From positions 1,504,001 through 1,568,000 of the forward strand of contig OZ244742.1 of the NCBI GenBank assembly GCA_965219415.1: a stretch of DNA of 64,000 nt, in the 5' to 3' direction. Below are positions 18,446-29,228 of this stretch, piece after piece. The translations under genes were made by a program, and so were the position numbers. How positions within the stretch are numbered: position 1 is the first letter of the stretch; every line of letters starts with the position of its first letter. A model generated the notes under the pieces. The model searched no databases. It saw only the letters and a list, made by a program, of their open reading frames with translations, and was not told the origin of the DNA. This stretch comes from Candidatus Marinacidobacterales bacterium (GTDB lineage Bacteria; Acidobacteriota; Vicinamibacteria; Marinacidobacterales; DATDRI01).

Positions 18446-19372
18446 TCAAGGCTGTTTCGACAAGTGCCGGTCCAGCCGCGCCAGCACACCCAACAACGTC
18501 TCCCCCACCACCTGAAGGCTCTCGGCGCTGACCTTGTCGAGAGAATCGTCCGGGGAATGCCAGTAGCCGTTCCCCGGTCCGTATGCAAAATCAATCAAAT
18601 CCACGACCGCCACGCCGCGGCGGGCAAAGGGAACGTGGTCGTCTTCGATGTAGAGCCGGGCATCTAAGAAGTGTTCTCCGTGTCCCAACCGTTTCGCCTC
18701 CGCCCACACGAGATCCTGGAGCCACTGAGTGGAGTATGCATCGCGATGAATACCCAAGTCGCGATCTCCTACCATATCCACGAGAATGAACGCCGCGAGG
18801 CGGTGGAGCTCTTGGGCCTTGTCCATCCGAGCCACCATGTGTCGACTTCCGTAGAGCGAATCGGTTTCGGTCCAATCGATCACCGCTTCCTCTCCATCGA
18901 GGAGCACAAACCAAAGCGTGGTCTTCGGGGCGGGGTCGATACGAGCCACAGACCGCGCCAGCTCCAAGATCAAAGCGGCGCTCGAGCCTCCGTCATTCGC
19001 GCCCACGAAATTCTCGCCCTCGAAACGCTTCGTGTCGTAGTGGCCGGCGAAGACGATGAATTTCTCGGTCTCGCCTTGATGCGCCGCGATCAAGTTGGAC
19101 ATCGGTATCGCCCCCACCGGCGTCTCCGCGGTGAAGTCGTCGCTCTTGACTTCGAAACCGGTAGCCTCGAGCTCGGAGAGCAAGTACTCCTGAGTGCGTC
19201 GATGGGCCTCCGACCCTGACGGGCGGGGCCCGAACCCAACCAACTTCTCCAAATCGGCAAGGGCTCGTGCGCCATCGAAACCCGTACTCGCTCCCGTGTT
19301 CCCCAAGGCGAGGAAACACAAGATGCCAACTGAAAAAGCGCCGAGGAACGGGATTCTAGTGATTGAAGACAT
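18446..19372 (-). CDS. M28 family peptidase / glutaminyl cyclase-like
   Basis: Signal peptide, GHYDTK, GANDGGS, DGEE, DMVGD, EDDH, YWHSPDD. Confidence 0.9.
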   Translation of the reverse strand: MSSITRIPFLGAFSVGILCFLALGNTGASTGFDGARALADLEKLVGFGPRPSGSEAHRRTQEYLLSELEATGFEVKSDDFTAETPVGAIPMSNLIAAHQGETEKFIVFAGHYDTKRFEGENFVGANDGGSSAALILELARSVARIDPAPKTTLWFVLLDGEEAVIDWTETDSLYGSRHMVARMDKAQELHRLAAFILVDMVGDRDLGIHRDAYSTQWLQDLVWAEAKRLGHGEHFLDARLYIEDDHVPFARRGVAVVDLIDFAYGPGNGYWHSPDDSLDKVSAESLQVVGETLLGVLARLDRHLSKQP

Positions 19373-19380
19373 AACCCATT

Positions 19381-20622
19381 CTAGTCCGCGGCCGGGGGAG
19401 GCGAAATCTCTCCCTCCGCGGCGGCGACCCAAGTCGCGCCGACCAGTTGCCTGGTCATGTTCACCGAAGTGCGCAGCATATCGAGAGGACGCTCGACTCC
19501 GAGAACCAACGCGGCGCCTTCGAGAGGAAGGCCGAGCGCGGACAAAATGATCGTCAAGTTCACGAAACTTGCCGCCGGCACCGAAGCCACTGCCAGGGCG
19601 GCCAAGAGCGCCGTGAGGATCAATGTGCCGAGCTCCGCCGGACCGAGAGTCTGATCGTACACCTGAGCGATGAAGAGAACTGAGATCGCTTGATAGATTC
19701 CGCTGCCATCCCGACCGAGCGCCGTGCCGAGCGGAAGGACAAAGCTCGCGACGCGATCCGACAGGCCCATTTCCGATGGCATCACTTTCATGGACACCGG
19801 CAGGGCTGCCGCCGTCGAACACGTACCGAAGGCAATTAGAAATTGGGGCCGAATGGTGCGGTAGAAACGAAACAAGCTCTGTCGGGCCAGGACGACGAGC
19901 ACGAAAGTATAAGTTAGGGCGACGTGCGCACCAAGCGCCAGCGCGACCACCAAAACGTAATAACCGAGACTTCCCACCACCGAAAGGCCGGAACGTCCCA
20001 CCACCGCGGCCATCAGCCCGAAGACTCCGATCGGCGCGAAGAGCATGATCCATCCGACCAACTTGACCATGACGTCCGACACCCCGCGAAGTACCTGAAG
20101 CAGAGCTCTCCGCCGGTCTTCTGCAATGGCGCTAGCCGCCAATCCGAATATCACCGACACGAACAGCACCTGCAGGATGTTGCCCTGTGCGGCTGCACCC
20201 ACCATGTTCGAGGGCACGACGTCGAGCAGGGTGTCCCAGATTGAGGGTCGCTCGGCCGGCGGCACCGCGGCTGATGCGGCGGACGGATCCTGCGCCGCAT
20301 GTAGCGCCTCTCTCCCTTCTTCGGTAAGGCTGGTGCCGGGATGAAACAAAAGCCCGAACCCGATCCCGATGTGAAGAGCGATGAGGAGACTAACAATAAT
20401 GAAAGTAAAGGCGCGGACTCCCAGACGTCCCAAAGCGCCGCGCCCCGGCAATCCAGCGATGGCAACGATCAAAGACGAAGCGATCAGGGGCACGATGACC
20501 ATCCGGATCAATCGGATGAAGAGGGTTCCCAGCGGCTCCAGGACTTCCGCCCGGGGGCCGACGACCGCACCCACGCAGACGCCAGCTACCAGACCGAGTG
20601 CGACGCGAGTGTGGATGCCCAA
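19381..20622 (-). CDS. Dicarboxylate/amino acid:cation symporter (GltP/DAACS)
   Basis: FIRLIRMVIVPL, AFGTCSTAAALP, FVLPLG, LDMLRTSVN. Confidence 0.92.
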   Translation of the reverse strand: MGIHTRVALGLVAGVCVGAVVGPRAEVLEPLGTLFIRLIRMVIVPLIASSLIVAIAGLPGRGALGRLGVRAFTFIIVSLLIALHIGIGFGLLFHPGTSLTEEGREALHAAQDPSAASAAVPPAERPSIWDTLLDVVPSNMVGAAAQGNILQVLFVSVIFGLAASAIAEDRRRALLQVLRGVSDVMVKLVGWIMLFAPIGVFGLMAAVVGRSGLSVVGSLGYYVLVVALALGAHVALTYTFVLVVLARQSLFRFYRTIRPQFLIAFGTCSTAAALPVSMKVMPSEMGLSDRVASFVLPLGTALGRDGSGIYQAISVLFIAQVYDQTLGPAELGTLILTALLAALAVASVPAASFVNLTIILSALGLPLEGAALVLGVERPLDMLRTSVNMTRQLVGATWVAAAEGEISPPPAAD

Positions 20623-20643
20623 GATCGGTGCCGGATCGATTCT

Positions 20644-23229
20644 CTAAGGAAGTTTGGCCGGCGTAGCCGAACCGTAATAGAGCGTGTTGAACAAAAGCTT
20701 GAACGTGCCATGCGTTTGCCCACGGAACTGAGACCGAAACCCAATCAGAATCACTCGGCCCCCTCCGTACGGCATGTCCACCACCGCCGCCTTTCTCCGA
20801 AGAAGCTCGTCACCGAGAATCCAGCCCGATAGCAACGGGTTTCGATCGGGATACTTCGCCGCCACCCGCCCGTTCTTCGATTCGAAGTCGGGAATGAGAT
20901 TGTACGTATGGCTATTCTTGAAGAACGCGACGCCGGTCTTGTTCATGCCGTAGGCAATGGGGTGAGCGGGATCGAGCTCGATCTCGAGAAGAGAGCCGGG
21001 ACAATAGAATTCGCTCTCCTCGACGTCGGTAAGAGCGCTCTCCACCGGAATGTCGAAGTATTCGATGGGAAGCTCGGTGGCGGAATCCAAACAGACGAGC
21101 GTGCCTCCGCTTTCGACGAATTTGCGTAGGTTCTCAACGCCCTCCGCTCCCATTCCGCCCGCGTATTCGGGAGGCACCGTTCCCGCCTCGTGCCCCTGAA
21201 CGAGTTGCTCCAAGGAGCTCTCGCCGGGAAGCACGACGACGTCGTACCGATCACCGAGCTCCGACTTCCGTAACTCCGCGTCATGCAAGCTCTCGTATGG
21301 AAACTCGAACTGCTCGAGAAGCCACCGACTCCAGCCTTCGTCCTTGCTCGGAACGAACGACTTGTACAGCGCAACACGCGGCGGCTTGATCTCGAAGCCC
21401 GCTCCCCCCACCCGAGAGACGGCTCGAAGCGTCAGGCCCAACTCCCGCGTCGCCGACTCGATGTTGGCAGCGCCTCTGATGACGAAAGTGCCCTCCGGCC
21501 ACGCGTCAGACGTTTTTCCCACCGGGTGTTTGGTGCGGAAGACGTCGGCTCCGCCTTCGAGGAGTCGGTTGACGGCAACGAAGCTGTCATTCACTCGTGG
21601 GTCGAGAAGATAGACCCGCCCGGCCCCATCCACCCGGCCCGGCGGCGCCTTCGCGCTCTCGATCGGCGTGAGCTCTGCTTCGAACGACGAGTTGGCCTCC
21701 ACGGTGCGGACTCCCATGGCCAAGGGGAGTGTCCATCCCGCGACGTCGTATGGCCGTTTGGGAGGTCCGCCGGGGTACTGCGTCTGGTTCGGATGCCTCT
21801 GGGGCTGCAACAGATCCATTAAATAAGGACGGAACGGCTGCGAGGCGAGAAAGACAAAACTTCCTTCCCCGTATTCGACTCCGTCCACGACGAAAGGACT
21901 CTCTGCGCGATGAGCTTCTACCCCACCGGCGCGGAGGGTGTTCACCATTTTCACGGCGGTATTGGGATCGGCCTGATCGGAGGGAATGATGAAAGCGTAC
22001 GGCGGCTCCGCCCTGCCCTTCTCGATGCTCTCCCTTCCCATTCGATAAATTCCCAAGAGCCATTTCTCTTTGTGGCGGGCCCCTACGTCCAGCAGAGACA
22101 AAGAAGCCGTCATCATGTAGTCGATCGCATCTCGGAGCCTCCACCAACCCCCCCGCCAAGGATTAGGGTAGAAGGTCGAGGGCTCGGTGGCGCTCGTTCC
22201 GTTACTGAACTCATTCGGCAAGTCCGCCGTCGGATAGAACTTGGGGGTCGCGTATTTGTAGAGCGCGGTCTCGGTCAAAATACCGATCATGTTGTGGAAA
22301 TACGGAGAGGTTCTGAGGCCACCGTTCCACCAGGTGCTATAAACCATGCGAGACACCACGCCCGACTTCCCCTCCTCCGCAAAAGCTTGGGCCATGCCTG
22401 CGCCGATGACCTGAACACCTCTCATCACCAGTGGATGAATATTGGGGTTCATCGGTCCATCGAAAGGCGGGAGAAAAATGCGCGATGGGAAAGGGACCCC
22501 TTGGTGATGGTTGTAGACGATTTGCGGGAGCCACTGGTGGTAAATCACACGACCGACGTTTTGGGTCTCGGTCTGAGTGAACATGAACCAATCCCGATTG
22601 TTGTCGTGTCCGACGTACTTTGCATATAACTCGGGCAGAGGGCTGACCTCGTATGGCGAGCCCAGATTGCGTTTGTACCAATCGGCCACGATGTCAAGCC
22701 CATCCGGATTGACGCAGGGGAGTAACAGCAGGACGACGTCGTCGAGAATTCGCTTGGTTTGCGGGCTAGAATCGGAGGCCAAATGATAGATGAGCTCGAA
22801 GGCATGCTGGGAGTGAGCGACTTCCGTCGCATGGAGGCCGCTGTCGATGTAAATGACCGCCTTGCCTTCTTCCGCGAATGAGCGGACCTGCTCGTCGGTC
22901 AATCCGCGTGCGTGCGCGAGACGCCGAGAAATCTCCCGATAGCGCCCCAACTTCCTGAAATTCTTAGGTGACGTGATGACTGCCATGATCATCGGCTTCC
23001 CCATAGATGATGGACCGATCTCGCTCAGCTGAACGCGGTCTGACGCCCGGTCAACGAGTCGAAAGTAGCCGAGCATCTGGTCGTAATCTGCGATCTTGTA
23101 GTCGGCTCCGGGACGAAACCCTAGGAAGGATTCGGGGCGGGGCACGTTCTCGTTGGCGAGGAGGGGGTCGGTCGCGGCGCCCAACACCAGCAGCGCAAGA
23201 GTGATGGTTGCCCGCACCGATCTGTTCAA
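20644..23229 (-). CDS. M14 family zinc carboxypeptidase-like secreted protein
   Basis: GLHATE, NPDG, GHDNNRD, HHQ, YDVAGWTLP; C-terminal GATase-like domain. Confidence 0.9.
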   Translation of the reverse strand: MNRSVRATITLALLVLGAATDPLLANENVPRPESFLGFRPGADYKIADYDQMLGYFRLVDRASDRVQLSEIGPSSMGKPMIMAVITSPKNFRKLGRYREISRRLAHARGLTDEQVRSFAEEGKAVIYIDSGLHATEVAHSQHAFELIYHLASDSSPQTKRILDDVVLLLLPCVNPDGLDIVADWYKRNLGSPYEVSPLPELYAKYVGHDNNRDWFMFTQTETQNVGRVIYHQWLPQIVYNHHQGVPFPSRIFLPPFDGPMNPNIHPLVMRGVQVIGAGMAQAFAEEGKSGVVSRMVYSTWWNGGLRTSPYFHNMIGILTETALYKYATPKFYPTADLPNEFSNGTSATEPSTFYPNPWRGGWWRLRDAIDYMMTASLSLLDVGARHKEKWLLGIYRMGRESIEKGRAEPPYAFIIPSDQADPNTAVKMVNTLRAGGVEAHRAESPFVVDGVEYGEGSFVFLASQPFRPYLMDLLQPQRHPNQTQYPGGPPKRPYDVAGWTLPLAMGVRTVEANSSFEAELTPIESAKAPPGRVDGAGRVYLLDPRVNDSFVAVNRLLEGGADVFRTKHPVGKTSDAWPEGTFVIRGAANIESATRELGLTLRAVSRVGGAGFEIKPPRVALYKSFVPSKDEGWSRWLLEQFEFPYESLHDAELRKSELGDRYDVVVLPGESSLEQLVQGHEAGTVPPEYAGGMGAEGVENLRKFVESGGTLVCLDSATELPIEYFDIPVESALTDVEESEFYCPGSLLEIELDPAHPIAYGMNKTGVAFFKNSHTYNLIPDFESKNGRVAAKYPDRNPLLSGWILGDELLRRKAAVVDMPYGGGRVILIGFRSQFRGQTHGTFKLLFNTLYYGSATPAKLP

Positions 23230-23317
23230 AAGAATGTCTTCTTTCACTCCGGATACAAAACGGGGCGGGCACTCCCGGCGAGCCCGCCATCGAATCCGGT
23301 GTAAACTATAGCCCACA

Positions 23318-26300
23318 ATGGCGAATCCCGTGCAGAACCAGTTACAGCAGATCCTCTCTCAGCGCATTCTCGTCTTCGACGGAGCCATGGGGACGAATAT
23401 CCAGGCCTACAAACCCGACGAGTCCGACTTTCGTGGCTCGATGTTCGGCGACCATCCCAAGGACTTGAAGGGCTGCAACGATCTCTTGTCCCTGACTCGT
23501 CCCCAGATGATCGAGGAGATCCACCGCGCCCACCTGAAAGCCGGTGCCGACATCCTCGAGACCAACACGTTCAACGCTAATGCGATCTCCCTAAGCGACT
23601 ACGGGCTCGAATCCCAGGTGTACGAAGTGAACCGCGCCGCCGCCGGCATCGCCAAACGAGTGGCGAACGAGTTCTCGGAGAAAGAGCGTGACAAGCCTCG
23701 TTTCGTAGCCGGCTCGATGGGACCCACCAATCGCACCGGGTCGCTGTCACCGGACGTGAGTAACGCCTCGCTGAGGAACGTCACCTTCGAAGCGCTACGG
23801 GAGGCATACCACGAGCAGGCGCGCGGCCTTTTAGACGGCGGCGTCGATATTCTTCTGCCGGAGACCTCTTTCGACACCCTCAACATGAAGGCGGCGCTCT
23901 TCGCCATCCAGCAACTCTTCGATGAACGGGGCGAAGTGATGCCGGTCATCTCTTCGGTGACGGTGGTGGACGCCAGCGGCCGCACACTCTCCGGGCAAAC
24001 TCCGGAGGCCTTTTGGAACTCGGTGTCTCACGCGCCTCTGTTTGCGGTGGGCATCAATTGCTCGCTCGGCCCGGCGACGATGCGTCCGTACATCGAGGAG
24101 TTGGCCACGGTCTCCAATCTCTTCGTGAGCTGTGTGCCCAACGCGGGCTTGCCAAACGCGTTCGGCGAGTACGATGAGACCCCGGAGCAAATGGCCAATG
24201 TCCTGGGCGAGTTTGCACGAGAGGGCTGGCTCAATCTGGCGGGAGGTTGCTGCGGGAGCACTTCGGAGCACACCGAGGCCATCGCGGAGGCGGTCCGTGG
24301 CGTCCGCCCCCACACGCCATCGAAGCCCGAACCGTACTCTCGCTACAGCGGCCTCGAACCGCTGACGATTCGACCCGAATCGAGCTTCATCGTGATCGGC
24401 GAACGCACCAACGTCACCGGTTCGAGGAAATTCTCCCGACTCATCCAGTCGGAAAACTACGAAGGTGCTCTCGAAGTGGCGCGCGGCCAAGTGGAAGGTG
24501 GCGCCAACATCATCGATGTCAACATGGACGAAGGCCTTCTCGATTCCGAACGAGTGATGACCACGTTCCTCAACCTCCTGGCGACGGAGCCGGATGTCGC
24601 GCGGTTGCCGGTGATGGTCGATAGTTCCAAGTTTTCGGTCATCGAAGCAGGTCTCAAGTGTCTACAAGGAAAAGGCATCGTCAACTCCATCAGCCTCAAG
24701 GAGGGTGAGGAGAAGTTCCGCGAGCAGACGCGCCTGATCCGACGCTACGGCGCGGCGGTGATCGTGATGGCGTTCGACGAACAAGGGCAGGCGACGTCGA
24801 CGGCGCAGAAGGTGCAGATTCTTGAGCGGGCCTATCGCATCTTGACCGAGGAAGTCGGTTTCCCGCCCCAGGACATTATCTTCGACCCCAACGTTCTGAC
24901 CGTCGCCACCGGCATCGAAGAGCACAACGAGTACGCCAAATCCTTCATCGATGCGACACGACAGCTGAAACGCCGTTTCCCCGGCGCCAAGGTGAGCGGA
25001 GGGATCAGTAACCTCTCCTTCTCTTTCCGCGGCAACAACCTCGTCCGCGAGGCGATGAACTCGGCATTTCTGTATCACGCGATTCACGCCGGCCTCGACA
25101 TGGGCATCATCAACGCCGGCCAGCTGGCCGTTTATGATGAGATCCCGCAAGAACTTCGAGACCTCATCGAGGACGTTCTCTTCAACCGTAACCCTGAGGG
25201 AACTGAGCGCCTGACCGACTACGCTCAGTCGCATGCCGGCCCCGGCAGGGTTCAAGAGAAGGACGAGGCATGGCGAGATGCGACGGTGGAAGAACGCCTC
25301 AAGCACTCGCTCATAAAAGGAATCGCCGACCATATCGAAGCGGACGCCGAGGAAGCTCGCAAAGAATACGGACGTCCGCTTTCGGTCATCGAGGGTCCTT
25401 TAATGGACGGCATGAGCGTCGTCGGGGATCTCTTCGGTTCCGGAAGGATGTTCCTTCCCCAGGTGGTGAAGACCGCGAGAGTGATGAAAAAGGCGGTGGC
25501 CTATCTCGAACCGTTCATGGAAACCGAAGAGGCAGAATCACCGAGTACTAACCATCAAGGAAAGCTACTACTCGCCACCGTCAAGGGCGACGTTCACGAT
25601 ATCGGTAAGAACATCGTTGGTGTCGTTCTAGCGTGCAACGGATACAAGATCATCGACCTCGGGGTCATGGTCCCGGCGGACAAGATTCTGCAGACCGCCA
25701 AGGACGAAAAAGTCGACATCATCGGGCTAAGTGGACTCATCACGCCATCTCTCGATGAGATGGTCCATGTCGCATCGGAGATGGAACGGACCCGTTTCAA
25801 AGTGCCGCTCCTGATCGGCGGCGCCACCACGTCCCGCAAGCACACCGCGGTCAAGATCGCGCCCGCCTATAGTCAGGGCACGGTGCATGTCGTGGACGCC
25901 TCCCGCGCCGTCGGCGTGGTCAGTGACCTCATGAGCGCCACCGCGAAGCCCGACTTCGTCGACAAGAATCGGCAGGAGCAGACCAAGATTCGTGAGGATT
26001 ACGAAGGCGGCCTAGCTCGCGAGATCATTCCCTACGAGGAGGCTCGACGCAGGCGTGTCGAGATCGATCCTCATCCCGCGCTGATTGCAAAACCGGAGTT
26101 CCGCGGAGTCAAAGTGCTCGACGACATCCCGCTCGGGGAGATCCTTCCCTACATCGACTGGACGCCCTTCTTTCATACCTGGGAGCTCCGCGGCGTCTTT
26201 CCCGACATTCTGGACAAACCCGACGTCGGAGAGGCGGCTCGGGAGCTCTACGACAACGCGCAGGTGTTGTTGAACGAGATCGTCGATGAGAAACTCTTGA

Positions 26301-27007
26301 GGGCGCGTGCCGTTTACGGATTCTTCCCCGCGAACTCCGAGGGTGACGACATCATCGTCTACGAGAACGATTCTCGAAAAGAAGAACGCTCTCGACTCCA
26401 CACCCTGCGGCAGCAACAGGTCAAGCGGGATGGCCAGGGCTACCTAGCTCTCGCCGACTTCGTGGCGCCGGTCGGGTCGGGATTGAACGACCACATCGGT
26501 GCCTTCGCCGTGACCGCGGGGCACGGAGTCGAGGAGCTCGTGTCCCGCTTCGAAACGGATCACGACGACTACAACGCCATCATGGCCAAGGCCCTCGCGG
26601 ATCGCATGGCCGAGGCCTTGGCGGAAAAACTCCACGAGGAGGCTCGCCTCGAGTCGGGATTCGGTAAAGACGAGCGCCTGAGCAAAGTTGACCTCATGCG
26701 CGAACGTTATCGGGGCATTCGTCCCGCTCCCGGCTATCCCGCGTCGCCTGACCATACCGAGAAGGCGACGCTATTTCGGTTGTTGGATGCGGAAAGGAAT
26801 ACATGCATTTCCCTCACCGAGACGTTTGCGATGCTGCCCGCGGCGTCGGTGAGCGGCTTCTACTTCAATCACCCCGAGGCACAGTACTTCAGCGTCGGGA
26901 AGATTGGAGAGGACCAGGTCGTCGACTACGCCCGCCGAAAGTCCCTGACGCAAGCCGAGGTCGAGAGGTGGTTGGGACCTTATTTAGGCTATGACCCGCA
27001 GGCCTAG
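23318..27007 (+). CDS. metH: Cobalamin-dependent methionine synthase
   Basis: [46 protein letters not shown]. Confidence 0.98.
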   Translation: MANPVQNQLQQILSQRILVFDGAMGTNIQAYKPDESDFRGSMFGDHPKDLKGCNDLLSLTRPQMIEEIHRAHLKAGADILETNTFNANAISLSDYGLESQVYEVNRAAAGIAKRVANEFSEKERDKPRFVAGSMGPTNRTGSLSPDVSNASLRNVTFEALREAYHEQARGLLDGGVDILLPETSFDTLNMKAALFAIQQLFDERGEVMPVISSVTVVDASGRTLSGQTPEAFWNSVSHAPLFAVGINCSLGPATMRPYIEELATVSNLFVSCVPNAGLPNAFGEYDETPEQMANVLGEFAREGWLNLAGGCCGSTSEHTEAIAEAVRGVRPHTPSKPEPYSRYSGLEPLTIRPESSFIVIGERTNVTGSRKFSRLIQSENYEGALEVARGQVEGGANIIDVNMDEGLLDSERVMTTFLNLLATEPDVARLPVMVDSSKFSVIEAGLKCLQGKGIVNSISLKEGEEKFREQTRLIRRYGAAVIVMAFDEQGQATSTAQKVQILERAYRILTEEVGFPPQDIIFDPNVLTVATGIEEHNEYAKSFIDATRQLKRRFPGAKVSGGISNLSFSFRGNNLVREAMNSAFLYHAIHAGLDMGIINAGQLAVYDEIPQELRDLIEDVLFNRNPEGTERLTDYAQSHAGPGRVQEKDEAWRDATVEERLKHSLIKGIADHIEADAEEARKEYGRPLSVIEGPLMDGMSVVGDLFGSGRMFLPQVVKTARVMKKAVAYLEPFMETEEAESPSTNHQGKLLLATVKGDVHDIGKNIVGVVLACNGYKIIDLGVMVPADKILQTAKDEKVDIIGLSGLITPSLDEMVHVASEMERTRFKVPLLIGGATTSRKHTAVKIAPAYSQGTVHVVDASRAVGVVSDLMSATAKPDFVDKNRQEQTKIREDYEGGLAREIIPYEEARRRRVEIDPHPALIAKPEFRGVKVLDDIPLGEILPYIDWTPFFHTWELRGVFPDILDKPDVGEAARELYDNAQVLLNEIVDEKLLRARAVYGFFPANSEGDDIIVYENDSRKEERSRLHTLRQQQVKRDGQGYLALADFVAPVGSGLNDHIGAFAVTAGHGVEELVSRFETDHDDYNAIMAKALADRMAEALAEKLHEEARLESGFGKDERLSKVDLMRERYRGIRPAPGYPASPDHTEKATLFRLLDAERNTCISLTETFAMLPAASVSGFYFNHPEAQYFSVGKIGEDQVVDYARRKSLTQAEVERWLGPYLGYDPQA

Positions 27008-27092
27008 GCTTATTCCGAGCTTCCAGGCTCTATAAGCGGGTGGCGCTTTTTGGCTATGACCCGCAGGCCCAGGCTTATTCCGAGCTCGAGCT

Positions 27093-28463
27093 GAGCTACC
27101 CTCAGAAGGTGTGGAAATAAAGTAAAGGCGGAGTAACCTTCCGCGTCACGAAACACGGCCTGAAGGGGCCAACGGAAGGAGACACCGCCATGAAGGAAAA
27201 GACCACAGGACGACGGAGCTCGTCAAGGGTGGCTTGGGAGTCGCTGGAGAAGTGGGCGAGGCTCGAGATCCAGGATTGGGTGCAGGAGCTGATGGTAGCC
27301 GAAGTCACGGAGCTTCTCGGGCGTGAGAAATCGGAGAGACGGAAGCCCGTGGACACAACGGCGGGCTATCGAAATGGATACGGTAAGCCTCGGAAGCTGA
27401 CGATGAGCGTGGGCACGGTGACGGTTCGCCGGCCGAGAGTACGGGACGTGGAGGAGAGGTTCGAAAGTCGAGTGCTTCCGCTGTTCAAGCGTCGGAGCGA
27501 AACGGTGAGCGAGTTGATTCCGGAGCTGTACCTGCATGGACTAGCTCACGGAGATTTCGATTTGGCGCTCCGCGGGCTTCTAGGGGAGGACGCTCCACTT
27601 TCTCCCAGCACGGTGTCGCGGCTGAAACAGAAATGGCAGGGAGAGTACGAGCAGTGGCTAGCTCGCCCACTGGACGAACTCGAGCTCGTGTCCCTGTGGG
27701 TAGATGGCGTGTACGTGAAGGCCGGCCTTGAGAAGGACAAGGCGGCGGTGCTAGTTGCGGTTGGTGGCCTGTCCGACGGGACGAAATCGTCCTGACGCTG
27801 GAGGCTGGGCATCGAGAATCCGAAGCGTCATGGTCGTCGCTGCTACGGAGACTGAAGAAGCGCGGTCTGAGATGTCCCCGTTTGGTGATCGGTGACGGTC
27901 ATCTCGGCATCTGGGCCGCGACCCGAAACGTATTTCCAGAAGCTGAGGAGCAGCGGTGCTGGAACCACCGAATCCTCAACGTACTGGACCGGATTCCGAA
28001 AAGGGACCAGGCGCAGGCCAAGCCGCTGTTGACGGCGACCCCCTACCCCACCAGCCTGCAGGAGTGCGAGACGAAGAAGGCCAAGTTCCAGGATTGGTGC
28101 TTGCGCAAGGGTCTTCCGGGGGCCGCGCACGTGCTCGACGAGGACTGGGAGCGGATGGTCAGCTTCTATTCCTTTCCCAAGCCTCACTGGCAACACCTTC
28201 GCACGAGCAACGTCGTGGAGTCACCGTTCGCTGCACTGAGATTGAGAACGGATGCGGCCAAAAGGTTCAAGAAAGTCGAGTCCGCCACTGCGACAATCTT
28301 CAAACTGCTTCTGGTTGCGGAGAAGAATTTTCGCCGGCTCAACGCACCGGAGCTGATGCGAGAGGTTCACCTGGGCGTTCGATTTGAAGATGGAGACAGG
28401 GTAACGGAGTCGTCGAAGGTTGCTGCTGCCTGAACTTTTTTACACACCTATTGACAAGAGCTC
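27093..28463 (+). mobile_element. IS256-family element, copy 1
   Basis: Imperfect terminal IRs GAGCTACCCTCAGAAGGTGTGG / CACACCTATTGACAAGAGCTC; TCCGAGCT duplicated at 27079-86 and 28464-71. Confidence 0.92.
27190..28433 (+). CDS. IS256 transposase (1-nt deletion at ~27785 vs copy 2)
   Basis: YRNGY, WVDGVY, IGDGHLG, QRCWNH, RTSNVVES; ACGAAATC vs ACGAAAATC in copy 2. Confidence 0.9.
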
Positions 28464-28906
28464 TCCGAGCTTCCAGGCTCTATAAGCGGGTGGCGCTTTT
28501 TGGCTACGACCCCATGGCCTAAGTTCCTCTCGGACACGGCATGGAGCCGGTAGTCGCGCTCTAATTCCGGCAGTCAACGAGTCATCGCGTAAGGCCCTCC
28601 AACCAGGGGGCTTGGCCATTTTCAACGCTTTCCGCAAGAGACCACGCCAGCTAAACGCTTCATTCAAAAGAGTTATCTAGCCGGACCGAACCCGAATAGA
28701 TCGGGGTCCAAGTGCCGCCGGCTTGGAGCGCCGATAAGGCTCAACCGCCCTCCACTAGATATGGGGCCCGAAGGGCTTGACAGGGGCCGAATATACCTAT
28801 ACATAGCGTAGGTACCCCCGAGAGAGCCTGATTGGCGCATAGGTCTACGAACCATAGGCTCTATCAAGGCTGGGCGCACTACCGGCCCATATTTGGAGGG
28901 TTCTAA

Positions 28907-29104
28907 ATGGCAAAGCGGAGAAAGAAAAAGGCTGGCGGTTCCGCCGCAGCGATCAAGAAGGTTAGGGCGACTGCCAAGCGAATCGCCAACAAGGCAAGGG
29001 CGAAAATTCGCAAACAGCAGCGAGAGATCGCACGGTTGAAGAAGCAGAACTCACGCCTCAAGAAAGCGGCCAAGAAAAAGGCCTCGAGACGCCGCAAGAA
29101 GTAA
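28907..29104 (+). CDS. Small Lys/Arg/Ala-rich basic protein (histone H1-like)
   Basis: 65 aa, about half K/R; RBS GGAGGG; TTGACA upstream at ~28777. Confidence 0.7.
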   Translation: MAKRRKKKAGGSAAAIKKVRATAKRIANKARAKIRKQQREIARLKKQNSRLKKAAKKKASRRRKK

Positions 29105-29228
29105 AGCCTTTTACGCGGTAACCACCTAGCCGGGACCTCCCGATTACTGGCAAGCGCCGGTGATCCCGAGGTCCCGGTGTCCTTTTTTAGTTGCCGGATC
29201 CGGCAACTTTTTCTATTGTCCTATCATC

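Larger units (their letters stand above)
26987..28523 (+). repeat. 65-bp tandem repeat of metH 3' end (2 full copies + partial third), copy 2 interrupted by IS256
   Basis: Unit starts at 26987, 27052 and 28502; the sequence after the IS (28464-28501) completes copy 2. Confidence 0.85.

Noticed and set aside
18446-20053. 535-aa ORF as a single protein
   Set aside because: Its N-terminal part overlaps the symporter out of frame; the peptidase starts at 19372.
23230-23317. SAM or cobalamin riboswitch upstream of metH
   Set aside because: The gap is short and lacks recognisable consensus elements.
26987-27092. Possible CRISPR array in the repeats after metH
   Set aside because: Units are contiguous duplicates without unique spacers; no cas genes in the window.
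27780-27795. Programmed frameshift in IS256 copy 1
   Set aside because: Copy 2 has a single intact ORF; the difference is one A in a homopolymer.
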